Shown here one piece after another: positions 20,894 to 33,168 of a DNA stretch of 64,000 nucleotides. The position numbers were made by a program, and so were the translations under genes. Every line of letters begins with the position of its first letter. Within the stretch, counting starts at the first letter, position 1. Source of the stretch: a bacterium (GTDB lineage Bacteria > UBA8248); NCBI GenBank assembly GCA_965261085.1, contig OZ253442.1, forward strand, positions 4,192,001-4,256,000. Direction: 5' to 3'. The notes beneath the pieces are model-generated. The model saw only the letters and a list, made by a program, of their open reading frames with translations, was not told the DNA's origin and searched no databases.

Positions 20894-21637
20894 ATGAGAC
20901 TGAAAAACAAGAACGCCATCGTCACCGGCGCCGCCCAGGGCATCGGCCGCTCGGTTTGTGTGCGCTTCGCAGAAGAAGGGGCGAAGGTGCTCGTCGTCGA
21001 CATGAACGAGGAGGGCGGCGAGGAGACGGCGCGCCTGATTCGAGAGGCGGGCGGCGAGGCCATCTCCCACAAGGCCGACGTGAGCAAACTCCAGGAAGTA
21101 GAGGGCGCGCTCGACGTTTCCGAAGCCGCGCACGGCCCCATCAACGTCATGGTGAACAACGCAGGCATCGTGCGCGCGGCCATGCTCCACAAGATGACCG
21201 AAGAGCAATGGGACTCCGTGATCGCCGTTCACTTGAAGGGCACCTGGACGGGAATTCACGCGGCGGCCAAGCGCATGATCCCCCGAAAAGAGGGCCGCAT
21301 CATCAACGTCACCTCCGGCGCGGGGCTTCGCGGCACCATCGGCCAGATCAACTATTCCTCCGCCAAGATGGGCATCGTCGGCGCGACGCAAAGCGCCGCG
21401 CGCGAACTGGGACGCCACAACATCACCGTGAACTGCGTCTCGCCCGCGGCCATCACCCCGATGACGGAGACGATTCGCACCGATGAGCGCTTTGAATCCA
21501 AATACCTGGAGCGCATCTGCCTGGGCAGGTGGGGAGAACCCGAGGAGATGGCGGCTGGCTTCGTGTTCCTCGCATCGGACGAGGCGAGCTACGTGACGGG
21601 CATCGTGCTCAGAATCGACGGCGGGCTGGGGATGTAG
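20894..21637 (+). CDS. SDR oxidoreductase (3-oxoacyl-ACP/CoA reductase-like)
   Basis: TGAAQGIG, NNAGI, YSSAK. Confidence 0.92.
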   Translation: MRLKNKNAIVTGAAQGIGRSVCVRFAEEGAKVLVVDMNEEGGEETARLIREAGGEAISHKADVSKLQEVEGALDVSEAAHGPINVMVNNAGIVRAAMLHKMTEEQWDSVIAVHLKGTWTGIHAAAKRMIPRKEGRIINVTSGAGLRGTIGQINYSSAKMGIVGATQSAARELGRHNITVNCVSPAAITPMTETIRTDERFESKYLERICLGRWGEPEEMAAGFVFLASDEASYVTGIVLRIDGGLGM

Positions 21638-21680
21638 GCTCTGGATTCCGGAATTCGCCGGGATGACAAGCAAAGGGAAT

Positions 21681-21836
21681 ATCACTCCCCCCTTGAGGGG
21701 GAGTCGCAGAAGCCGAGCCCCTTTGGGCGAAGGCTGATGCGGTGGGGGGCAAGGTTCTAAAATAAAAGCTCCCCCCACCGGCACGACTGCGGGCTTCGCC
21801 CTTGCCTTGCCGACTCCCCCTCAAGGGGGGAGTAAT
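21681..21836. repeat. Palindromic MITE/REP-like element
   Basis: 26-bp inverted repeats atcactccccccttgagggggagtcg / cgactccccctcaaggggggagtaat (1 mismatch). Inner inverted repeat cggtgggggg/ccccccaccg. Partial third copy near 21895-21909. Confidence 0.85.
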
Positions 21837-22052
21837 TTCGCATATCTCGTTTTATCGTCTCGACGACATTCCCTCCCTCATCGGTCGGGAATGACCCTCA
21901 AGGGGGGAGCAAAGGCGAGCGGACACACAAGTCCTCCCTTACGAGACAACCACCACCCCCAAAATACTCACCCCCATCTGGCGTCGCCACCACGGGACTG
22001 ATAGAATCGCCCCGGATGCGACCCCGAAAACAACGAAACGGAGGAACCGCCC

Positions 22053-23081
22053 ATGAAGGCCATGATCCTCAAACAATTCGGCCAGCCCCTCGCCTACGAG
22101 GAAGCGCCCGAACCCAAGATCGGCCCACACCAGGTTCTGGTGGAATCGAAGGCGAACGGCCTGTGCGCCACGGACCTCAAAATCGTGGACGGAAACGTCA
22201 AGTCGGCCCCCACGCCCTTGATGCTCGGCCATGAGAATTCGGGAATAGTGCTCGAAGTGGGCTCGGAGGTCGATTCCTTCTCTCCGGGCGATCGCGTGGT
22301 CGTCGTGAGCAAGCAGACCTGCGGGCGCTGCCGCATGTGCCGCCTGGGCCATGAGGAGATGTGCCTGAACTCGCCGGGACGCTTAGGCATCGAGATAGAC
22401 GGCGGCTTCGGCCAACTCGTCGCGGCCTCTGAGCGAAACCTCGTCAAAATCGGGGACAACGTATCGCTCGCAGCGGCCTCCCTCATCGGCGGGACGCTCG
22501 GCTCCCCGCTCCACGCCATCCGCATGGCGCGGCCCGAACTAGGGGAGTGCGCCGTCATCTTCGGGGTCGGGGGACTGGGACTGCACGCTCTTCAACTCCT
22601 CCGCCACCTGGGCGCGAACATCATCGCCGTGGACGTGAAGGACGAAAAACTCGCCAAGGCGCGCGAACTCGGCGCGTTCGAGACCGTGAACGCGATGGAG
22701 ACCGACCCGGTCAAGGCCGTGATGGACATCACGAACGGATTCGGGGCGGACATCGCGCTCGAGATCGTCGGCGGTGCCGCCGTGCCGCCCGTGCTCCAGC
22801 AGTGTCTCGACCTGCTCCGGCCCGGCGGACGCCTCATCGTCCTGGGCTACGTCTTCGGCCAGAAAATGGAAATCGAACCCGCGCAGCTCATTACCAAGTG
22901 GATACAGATCATCGCGTCGCACAACCACACGGTGCGCGACGTGACCGATGCCGCGAGCCTGGTGAACGATGGCCGCGTGCGCGCCGTCATCACCGAGGAG
23001 GCGCCTATGCCCGACGCCAATGACGCCCTGGCCGCCCTGCGCGCAGGCGACCCGGTGGGCCGCATCGTGCTCACCTGGTGA
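22053..23081 (+). CDS. Zinc-dependent alcohol dehydrogenase (MDR family)
   Basis: GLCATD, GHE, CGRCRMCRLGHEEMC, GVGGLG. Confidence 0.92.
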   Translation: MKAMILKQFGQPLAYEEAPEPKIGPHQVLVESKANGLCATDLKIVDGNVKSAPTPLMLGHENSGIVLEVGSEVDSFSPGDRVVVVSKQTCGRCRMCRLGHEEMCLNSPGRLGIEIDGGFGQLVAASERNLVKIGDNVSLAAASLIGGTLGSPLHAIRMARPELGECAVIFGVGGLGLHALQLLRHLGANIIAVDVKDEKLAKARELGAFETVNAMETDPVKAVMDITNGFGADIALEIVGGAAVPPVLQQCLDLLRPGGRLIVLGYVFGQKMEIEPAQLITKWIQIIASHNHTVRDVTDAASLVNDGRVRAVITEEAPMPDANDALAALRAGDPVGRIVLTW

Positions 23082-23186
23082 GTTGGGGCGCGTTTCAGGA
23101 ATCGCTATCACGGGGCAACAACCAACCAGATGAGACCATAGGACCAAGACCGACAAAATCTTTACAACGCATCCGCAGGAGGCAAC

Positions 23187-24578
23187 ATGGCGTATCGAAT
23201 CGAAACGGACAGTATGGGCGAGATCGAGGTCCCCGAGGACAAATACTACGGCGCGCAGACCGCGCGCTCGCTCGTTCACTTCAAGATAGGCGGCGACCGC
23301 TTCCCTCGTGAGATCATCCGCGCGCTTGGCATCTTGAAGAAAGCCGCGGCCATGACGAACGAGGAACTGGGAATCTTAAGTTCCGATAAGGCCGCGCTCA
23401 TCATCCAGGCGGCGGATGAGGTGATCGCGGGCGATCTGGACGAGCATTTCCCGCTCGTCGTCTGGCAGACCGGCAGCGGAACGCAGACGAACATGAACGC
23501 GAATGAGGTCATCGCGAACCGCGCCATCGAACTCACAGGCGGCGAGATGGGTTCCAAAGACCCGATCCATCCCAACGACGACGTGAACAAGGCGCAGTCC
23601 TCGAACGATACTTTCCCCACGGCGATGCACATCGCAGCGGGGGAGCAGATGACGAAGAAACTCATCCCCGCCGTGGAAGCGCTTAAAGATACGCTCGCGG
23701 CGAAGGCGAAGGATTTCGAGACGATAATCAAGATCGGCCGCACGCACCTGATGGACGCCGTTCCCTTGACGCTGGGCCAGGAATTCTCGGGCTACGCTCA
23801 ACAACTCGAAAACGGCATTGCGCGCGTCAAGATGTCGCTGGACGGCATCTATGAGCTGGCGCTTGGCGGTACGGCGGTGGGCACGGGCTTGAACACGCAT
23901 CCCGACTTCGCGGACAAGGCCGCCGCCAGAATCGCCGATATGACGGGGCTTCCCTTCCGCTCGGCGCCCAACAAGTTCGAGGCCCTCGCCGCGCACGATG
24001 CGGTCGTCTTCGCGAGCGGGGCGGTAAAGACCCTGGCGGCGTCCTTGATGAAGATAGCCAACGATATCCGTATGCTGGCCTCGGGCCCCCGGTGCGGCGT
24101 GGGCGAGCTCCTCATCCCCGAGAACGAGCCAGGAAGCTCCATCATGCCCGGCAAGGTGAACCCCACCCAGAGCGAGGCGATGACGATGGTGTGCGCCCAG
24201 GTGATGGGCAACGACGTGGCCGTGAACATAGGGGGCGCTACGGGGCATTTCGAATTAAACGTCTTCAAGCCCGTGATGATCTTCAACCTGCTGAACTCGG
24301 TGCGCCTGCTGGCCGATGCGTGCGTATCGTTCAACGAGCATTGCGCGGTGGGCATCGAACCCAACCGGCCGGCGATAGACGCATACCTTCAGAACTCACT
24401 CATGCTGGTAACGGCGCTAAACCCCGTCATCGGGTATGACAACGCGGCCAAGGTGGCGAAAAAGGCCTTCTCAGATGGCGGCTCCCTGCGCGACGCGGCT
24501 CTCGCGCTGGACCTGCTCACGGGCGAGGAATTCGATGCGGCGGTAAAGCCCGAGAACATGATCGGGCCCAAGGGGTGA
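23187..24578 (+). CDS. fumC: Class II fumarate hydratase
   Basis: [33 protein letters not shown]. Confidence 0.98.
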   Translation: MAYRIETDSMGEIEVPEDKYYGAQTARSLVHFKIGGDRFPREIIRALGILKKAAAMTNEELGILSSDKAALIIQAADEVIAGDLDEHFPLVVWQTGSGTQTNMNANEVIANRAIELTGGEMGSKDPIHPNDDVNKAQSSNDTFPTAMHIAAGEQMTKKLIPAVEALKDTLAAKAKDFETIIKIGRTHLMDAVPLTLGQEFSGYAQQLENGIARVKMSLDGIYELALGGTAVGTGLNTHPDFADKAAARIADMTGLPFRSAPNKFEALAAHDAVVFASGAVKTLAASLMKIANDIRMLASGPRCGVGELLIPENEPGSSIMPGKVNPTQSEAMTMVCAQVMGNDVAVNIGGATGHFELNVFKPVMIFNLLNSVRLLADACVSFNEHCAVGIEPNRPAIDAYLQNSLMLVTALNPVIGYDNAAKVAKKAFSDGGSLRDAALALDLLTGEEFDAAVKPENMIGPKG

Positions 24579-24588
24579 AGGTGTGCTT

Positions 24589-25365
24589 TTATAAAGAGAG
24601 ACAATCCTCGATAAAGCGCGATATCCTTTCTCGATTGGCGGTGAGACTCGAAAACTGATTTTCACAGACATCGCTGAAACGCGCCAACACCTTGCGATTG
24701 ATCGATTCCTGATCTTCGAAGATCGCAAGAGAACGAAAAGACATGTCCCATTTCTCGAACTGAAGTAGTGTGATCGTAGCGTCGCGGACCTTGTCGTCAT
24801 TTGACAACGCATGAATAAAGAGCGGGCGAGGCATGCCGTTAACACGGCAGTCTACAGAATATCTGCCTTCCGGATCGCGCTCTGGATCAAACCAATCGAA
24901 ATTTCTCCGTTCTTCGAGCATTGATACGGCGAGAAAATTTCGGAAATCATCGTTGAAAGTGGAACGGACTCTCTCTCGTGACAAGTAGGACACGTCGGCG
25001 ATTTTGAGAATACCCTGCACAAAAGAGAAAAGCGCGTCCCCGTATTGTTCGTCCGGTACGGGGAGGATGAGTTCTCCATCACGATCTTCGATCCGAAAAG
25101 CAGAGAGTGTGTTGGTGATGATTTTCTGGCGTGTCCCACGTTGAAGATCGGTTTCGTCAATGTCGTAGGTGAGGTGCATGAAAGTATGCGCCTCGTCCGA
25201 CAACACCCATGCCAGCCCTTCCCGTTTCAAAACGACCGCAAGATGATCTCCATCCTCGAATAGAAATGGTGTAAACACACGAAATCGCTCAATGCCTTCT
25301 GCAATGAGCCGGATCTCTTGAGACACTTTTTCATGGAAGTCGCGTTCAATCGTAGCGATAGACAT
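24589..25365 (-). CDS. DUF1828-like protein
   Basis: VFTPFLFEDGDHL...WVLSDEAHT resembles DUF1828. The C-terminal alpha/beta region resembles a PD-(D/E)xK-type domain. Confidence 0.7.
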   Translation of the reverse strand: MSIATIERDFHEKVSQEIRLIAEGIERFRVFTPFLFEDGDHLAVVLKREGLAWVLSDEAHTFMHLTYDIDETDLQRGTRQKIITNTLSAFRIEDRDGELILPVPDEQYGDALFSFVQGILKIADVSYLSRERVRSTFNDDFRNFLAVSMLEERRNFDWFDPERDPEGRYSVDCRVNGMPRPLFIHALSNDDKVRDATITLLQFEKWDMSFRSLAIFEDQESINRKVLARFSDVCENQFSSLTANRERISRFIEDCLSL

Positions 25366-25367
25366 AT

Positions 25368-25850
25368 TTAAACCTCCCGAAAAAGACCGAGTTGATCGTC
25401 AGTGGGAGCGCCGAGATTCATGTCCTCAATAAAACAGCGAAGCGCACTACTATAATCCCCGTATTTGTTAGTTATTTCCGCATAAGCGTCCTCACGGGTT
25501 CCCATTTCCTGATATCGCTCCGTGGCCATATGAATATGGAATCCGTAAAAGCTGTTGCTTTCTATATGATTCTTATGTTCGTGGCTCTTCCCGTTATATC
25601 GTTGCAGGCGAAAGAGTTGACTTGATTTCGGCACGCGCACTGCTAGGATAATCGAGAAATCGAGAATATTCACCATACTCCGCCGGAGAATGACACGAAA
25701 CTCGTTGCCCACATCGCTTGTGAGATCGAGTTCCCGCTCTTCATGACCCCGTTTTGGACGAAGACGCATCTGGTCACGCCATTTTGGTGGAAGGGGTTTC
25801 CGTTCGGCAATAAGCTCCTCGATTTCGCTATCGGAATACGTTCTCGACAT
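25368..25850 (-). CDS. DUF6978-like hypothetical protein
   Basis: LQRYNGKSHEHKN...FHIHMATERY His-rich motif; 2 bp upstream of the DUF1828-like gene. Confidence 0.65.
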   Translation of the reverse strand: MSRTYSDSEIEELIAERKPLPPKWRDQMRLRPKRGHEERELDLTSDVGNEFRVILRRSMVNILDFSIILAVRVPKSSQLFRLQRYNGKSHEHKNHIESNSFYGFHIHMATERYQEMGTREDAYAEITNKYGDYSSALRCFIEDMNLGAPTDDQLGLFREV

Positions 25851-26107
25851 GTGAAATTCCCATCCAGATCAGCCTGCCTGTCATATCCATCGCGTTTCGT
25901 CCTAAGGATTTTTCGATAGTCTGTCTACCAAAATACCCCGTTGCCATTATACTGTCATCCGGTAGCGCAATTCACGAACCGTGGGCGAACCCCTTCACCC
26001 CAATACCCTCAAACGCCGCCGGTATCTGCTGGACGTCCTGGATGATATCAGGCGGCGGGTCTTCCCCTACGAGAAGCGGTTCACGATTGGCGGGTCTGGA
26101 CGTTCGT

Positions 26108-27241
26108 TTACGAAACCAGGCTTAAGAGCCGCTCCCAGAGGTATTCCGCGTCCTCATCGGTGAGCGGGTCGGGCGAGATGTAGATTTCCGATTCGCCCGA
26201 TACGCCTATCTGTATCCGCACCTCGCACTCCCAGAGCGCATCGGCGACCTCATCGCGCGATTTCCCGAGTGATTTCTCGTCGATTTCGATCACGACTTCC
26301 GGCAAATCCTGCCCCAGGGTGTTGGGGCGTCTGAGGCGGGGCGAGAGTCCTTTCATCCCGGTTGTGCGTTCCATGAAGAACTCGCACCACCGCTCATTGT
26401 GGGCGTACTGGGCGGTCTCGCCGGCGTCCAGATAATGCGCAAGCGCCGCGAGCAGGCCCACGATGACGTCGCGTCCCGCCTTCATGGGCCGGCCGATGGC
26501 GTACCTGGGGCTTCCCATCATGGCGCAGGCTTCGATGATCTCCTTTTTGCCCAGGATGATGCCTGTGTTCTGCGGCCCGCCGATGCTTTTTCCCCCGCTG
26601 AAGATGGCGGCGTCGGCCCCCAACTCCTTCGTGTAGCGCCAGAGATTGGAGGATGGGGGAAGCTGCGCCGCGGCATCCACGACCACGGGCACGTTTTTGC
26701 CGTGCGAAATCTCGATGATGGTCTCGAGCTTGAGGATGTTCCGGCCCGCATACTGACCCGGGAAATAGAAGACGGCCGCCGTTTTCTCGCCGATGGCGTC
26801 TTCGAGTTCCCAGGGGTGGGTCTGGCGGTGAGAGCCTATCTCCACGAGCCGCGCCCCCGCCTGGCGGATGTTGATGTCGTAATGGTTTCTCTGAAAGCGG
26901 TGGATGACGATCTCGTTCTTCAAGCCGTCCGTAAACGGGAGCTTGTCCATGAGGGCCGGATTTCCGCCCGTGATGCAGGCCGCCGCACTCAGCACGAGGC
27001 CGGCGGCGGAGCCGCTCGTGACGTAGGCCGCCTCGTTTTGCGTCATCTGTGCGATGCGCGCGCCCGCTTTTGCGTGCAGTTCGGTCATTTCCACCTGGGC
27101 GGCGTTCGCCTCCTGCATGGCGGCCCATACCTCGGGCCTCAGCTTCGCGCCGCCCATGCGGGTCTGGCGGGTGCGCGCGCTGATGACGCGGCGGACTCCG
27201 AGGTTTTTGAGGAATTTGGGGTTTTGAGGGGATTCGTTAAT
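26108..27241 (-). CDS. SelA-related PLP enzyme (DgaE/short SelA-like family)
   Basis: LGVRRVISA, EAAYVTSGSAAG, VVDAAAQ, FSGGKSIGGPQ (PLP Lys), IGRPMK. Start inferred at ATT. Confidence 0.85.
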   Translation of the reverse strand: MNESPQNPKFLKNLGVRRVISARTRQTRMGGAKLRPEVWAAMQEANAAQVEMTELHAKAGARIAQMTQNEAAYVTSGSAAGLVLSAAACITGGNPALMDKLPFTDGLKNEIVIHRFQRNHYDINIRQAGARLVEIGSHRQTHPWELEDAIGEKTAAVFYFPGQYAGRNILKLETIIEISHGKNVPVVVDAAAQLPPSSNLWRYTKELGADAAIFSGGKSIGGPQNTGIILGKKEIIEACAMMGSPRYAIGRPMKAGRDVIVGLLAALAHYLDAGETAQYAHNERWCEFFMERTTGMKGLSPRLRRPNTLGQDLPEVVIEIDEKSLGKSRDEVADALWECEVRIQIGVSGESEIYISPDPLTDEDAEYLWERLLSLVS

Positions 27242-27252
27242 CGCCTTACTCC

Positions 27253-28002
27253 TTAGCCAGGGGTGGAGAATCCGAGTTCGCTCACGTTTTTGAGGATGGT
27301 CCATGAGGCGTCTTCCGTATTTCCGCATAGGGAAAGGGTGTGAAAGCCCTCCTCCTTGCGGTAGAAGCGCCTCTCGATATCGAGTTTGAAAGCCTGTGTC
27401 GTCTCACGAGGCATGATCTCCAAATCAGTGGATTCCGGCGGCGCGCCATCCGTGCCGACGCCAAACAGGAGCGGCGAGGCGGCTCCCTCGTGCGCCACTT
27501 CTCCCTCGATTTCGAGATGGGCCGCCTCCTCTCCCCATACGAGAAAAGAAACGCTCATACCGGGCGATACCTCGCGCCACCCGCCCGGTGAAATCGCCGC
27601 ATCCACGCGCAGGCGTTGCCTCCACTTGCGGGACTTTCGGTTGTGATGGCTCAGGATGAATTTTCTGTGCTCGGGCCTGTCCGCCCAGTGGTAGTGCCCG
27701 GGCCTGCTCTCATAGGGCCTTCCCATGCCGACGAGCAGGGCTGCCGGATCGCCGCGCATCACCTCTTCTCCGTCTATGGCTTCATGGTCCGTCGTCGAGG
27801 CGATGAGCTTCACGCGCTCTCGACGCTCATCCCACGTCGCGTAGACGTACTGCACCGTGTCGATTGGGGGCCGCGAGGTCACGTTGGGCGGCGGTTCCTG
27901 CAAGGTGCGCGGCCCCCCGCCGACGCGGATTTGCTCGCCTGCGTGGCGCACGAGTTCCAGTTGATGAAAGCCCCGGTATTCCAGACGGCATGGTTGGGAC
28001 AT
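27253..28002 (-). CDS. Hypothetical protein
   Basis: AGGAGG RBS before ATG 28002; fills the gap and abuts the SelA-like gene. Confidence 0.65.
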   Translation of the reverse strand: MSQPCRLEYRGFHQLELVRHAGEQIRVGGGPRTLQEPPPNVTSRPPIDTVQYVYATWDERRERVKLIASTTDHEAIDGEEVMRGDPAALLVGMGRPYESRPGHYHWADRPEHRKFILSHHNRKSRKWRQRLRVDAAISPGGWREVSPGMSVSFLVWGEEAAHLEIEGEVAHEGAASPLLFGVGTDGAPPESTDLEIMPRETTQAFKLDIERRFYRKEEGFHTLSLCGNTEDASWTILKNVSELGFSTPG

Positions 28003-28141
28003 GACGCCTCCTCCTGCACTCGGCTTGAGCATGTGCTCGATGCGGCCATGGTATCACGATGTGCCGCGGCTTGGGATCATGTATCATGCGCCGCGCAGCC
28101 TCCCGGGCGGCATCTTTTTTTCCACTTACAGGAGCTACGAC

Positions 28142-29188
28142 ATGCGCATCGTGACCACCCTTCCGATGGATGATCTGAAAAAAGCGGGCCCCGCCGCCCA
28201 GGCGCTCGAATCTGCGGGCTATGACGGCGTGATGACCATGGAAAACGCGCACCACCCGTTTCTGCCCTTGGCGGTGGCGGCGGTGGCGACGGAGCGCGTG
28301 GAACTTCTCACCGCCGTGGCCATCGCCTTCCCGAGAAGTCCCATGGTGTGCGCGAACGCAGGCTGGGATTTACAAGAAGGCTCGGGCGGGCGGTTCGTCC
28401 TGGGCTTAGGCCCCCAGATCAGGGCGCATAACGTGCGGCGCTTCAGCGTGCCCTGGACGGCGCCCGCCGCCCGGATGCGCGAATACGTGGAATCACTGCG
28501 CGCGATATGGCGTTCTTGGAGAAACGGGGAAAAACTCGACTATCAGGGCGAACACTACCAGTTCACCCTCATGACGCCCGCCTTCACACCGCCCTCGAGC
28601 GGTGCGCCCATGGCGCCCGTCACCATCGCGGCGGTGGGGCCTGGGATGCTCAAAGTGGCGGGACGTACTTGTGACGGCGTAAGGCTCCACCCTTTCTGCA
28701 CGAGAAAGTATTTCGAGGAATTCTGCACGGGGAAGATTGAGGAGGGCTTGCGCGAGAACGAGATTTCGCGCGAGAACTTCGAGATCACGGGCGGGGGCTA
28801 CATCGTCACCGGAGTGGATGAGGAGGCGCTGCGCCGGGGGATGGATGAGGTCAAAGTGCGCTTGGGCTTTTACGGCTCCACGCCCGATTACTGGCCGGTG
28901 CTCGAGATGCACGGCTACGGCGATCTGGGACGTAAACTCAGACAGATGACGCGCGAGGGCAAATGGGACGCCCTCGCGGATGAGATTCCGGACGACCTCG
29001 TGCGCCTTTTCGCCGCAGTGGGCGTGCACGGAGAGGTAAAAAAGGCGATAGAGGCGCGCTTCGGCGGCGGGGTCGATACCCTCTACGGGGGGATGCTGCC
29101 CACGGCGGATAAGGATCTGCCGCCCGATTTGATTCAGGATATCCAGACGATACCGGCGGCGTTTACGGGGTATGCCGAGAGGGCGTAG
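28142..29188 (+). CDS. LLM-class (probably F420-dependent) oxidoreductase
   Basis: HHPFLPL, AIAFPRSP, GRFVLGLG, MREYV, DGVRLHPF. AGGAG RBS. Confidence 0.88.
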   Translation: MRIVTTLPMDDLKKAGPAAQALESAGYDGVMTMENAHHPFLPLAVAAVATERVELLTAVAIAFPRSPMVCANAGWDLQEGSGGRFVLGLGPQIRAHNVRRFSVPWTAPAARMREYVESLRAIWRSWRNGEKLDYQGEHYQFTLMTPAFTPPSSGAPMAPVTIAAVGPGMLKVAGRTCDGVRLHPFCTRKYFEEFCTGKIEEGLRENEISRENFEITGGGYIVTGVDEEALRRGMDEVKVRLGFYGSTPDYWPVLEMHGYGDLGRKLRQMTREGKWDALADEIPDDLVRLFAAVGVHGEVKKAIEARFGGGVDTLYGGMLPTADKDLPPDLIQDIQTIPAAFTGYAERA

Positions 29189-29255
29189 GGACAGGCCCCC
29201 GCAAACCCATCACGCCCCGGGACTGTCATGCTCCCAGGGTTGTCAACTACCCCCC

Positions 29256-31964
<2,709 letters not shown>

Positions 31965-32208
31965 CGTTCACCTCTTTTGGGCGGTAGCGCCGCTTCCCCC
32001 AAAAAAGCCACCGGGAAAGCGGACTCCGCCGCATCAAGCGCTCTTCGCGTCCAAAACCGGCCCCCGGTTAAGGGTGATTTCAGGCAAAAAGCCGTTATCC
32101 ATGGAATCATACGGAATGACGAAAAAACGAGTTTCACACGCGCTGGATGATACCACAGATGGAAGGATAGGAGGAGGGCGTTTCATCACCCGCCTGAAAA
32201 AGCGTATC

Positions 32209-32640
32209 TTAAGCCTCTTTCACCACCATGTAGGTGGCCGAGGCGAAACAGACGAGTTTTTCCGCATCATTGAGAATACGCATTTCCCACACCGAGGTTT
32301 TTCGGCCCAGATGCAGGGCCTTCGCCTCTCCGATGAGGGTTCCCTCCTTCACCGGACGGACGAAGTTTATCTTCATCTCCACCGTCACCACCTCCGTGCC
32401 GACCGGATAGCTCACGTAGCTGCCCACGCCGCCCACGGTATCGGCCAGCGACGCCAGCGCGCCGCCGTGAATGATCCCGAAGGGCTGAAAGAGCCGGGGC
32501 TCCACCGGCAGCGCGACGCGGGCGAAGCCCTTATCCGCTTCCAGCACCTCGAAACCCAGGAGGTCGTTGAAATTCCCCCGCCAGCGGGCCTGGAATACCC
32601 GCTCGACCTCCTCCCTCGTCCATGAGCGACCCATGACCAT
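32209..32640 (-). CDS. PaaI-family thioesterase
   Basis: QPFGIIHGGALASLAD. Confidence 0.9.
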   Translation of the reverse strand: MVMGRSWTREEVERVFQARWRGNFNDLLGFEVLEADKGFARVALPVEPRLFQPFGIIHGGALASLADTVGGVGSYVSYPVGTEVVTVEMKINFVRPVKEGTLIGEAKALHLGRKTSVWEMRILNDAEKLVCFASATYMVVKEA

Positions 32641-32772
32641 CCTTTCGAGCGCATATCGGCCTCACGGGAGGGATATGCGTGTGAAATTCATTTAAGAATT
32701 TATTGGCAAGTCGATAAAATGGAAATATCCCGGGAAGGCCCGGGAACCTTCACGAAACGCCGGGGCTCCCGT

Positions 32773-32994
32773 TTACCTTTGAAGCAGGACCGCCAAGGCT
32801 TCGGTTGATTTCCGCAACGCTTCTCTGGAGTCTTGGCCCTGGGCGATGATTTCATCGAGCGCCTTCTCCCTTTGCCTGGTACCTTCCCGCATGGTGTAGA
32901 GGCCATACCAGATCAAGGCGCATTGCGTGATGCCCACGGCGAATTGCGCGATGCCTATCAGGTCTCCCGTATTGATCGGCTGCAAGTCCATCAT
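32773..32994 (-). CDS. Small single-TM plus coiled-coil hypothetical protein
   Basis: Hydrophobic LIGIAQFAVGITQCALIWYGL followed by an amphipathic helix. Confidence 0.5.
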   Translation of the reverse strand: MMDLQPINTGDLIGIAQFAVGITQCALIWYGLYTMREGTRQREKALDEIIAQGQDSREALRKSTEALAVLLQR

Positions 32995-33168
32995 CTTTCC
33001 GCATCCTCTCTTTCCGGGTCCTCTGTACGGCATACTCGTGAACATTAGAACCAAAATGCGGGATGAGCGCAAGAGGATCGAAACCCTCCACACTCATACG
33101 ACTTTCTCCACTTCATCCGGGCGGCGGCCTTATCCGTGAAAACAGATGAGGCCGATAACGCCAGAGGA

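Noticed and set aside
25981-26163. 60-aa plus-strand ORF
   Set aside because: No RBS or motif, and it overlaps the convergent SelA-like gene; at most a gene remnant.
26108-27241. Calling this gene selA because a selenoprotein is nearby
   Set aside because: It is short, lacks the SelA N-terminal tRNA-binding region and has no adjacent selB; it fits the DgaE-like group better.
29185-29210. GTAG-type REP half-site gtagggacaggcccc
   Set aside because: Incomplete palindrome, a single copy, and no RAYT gene in the window.
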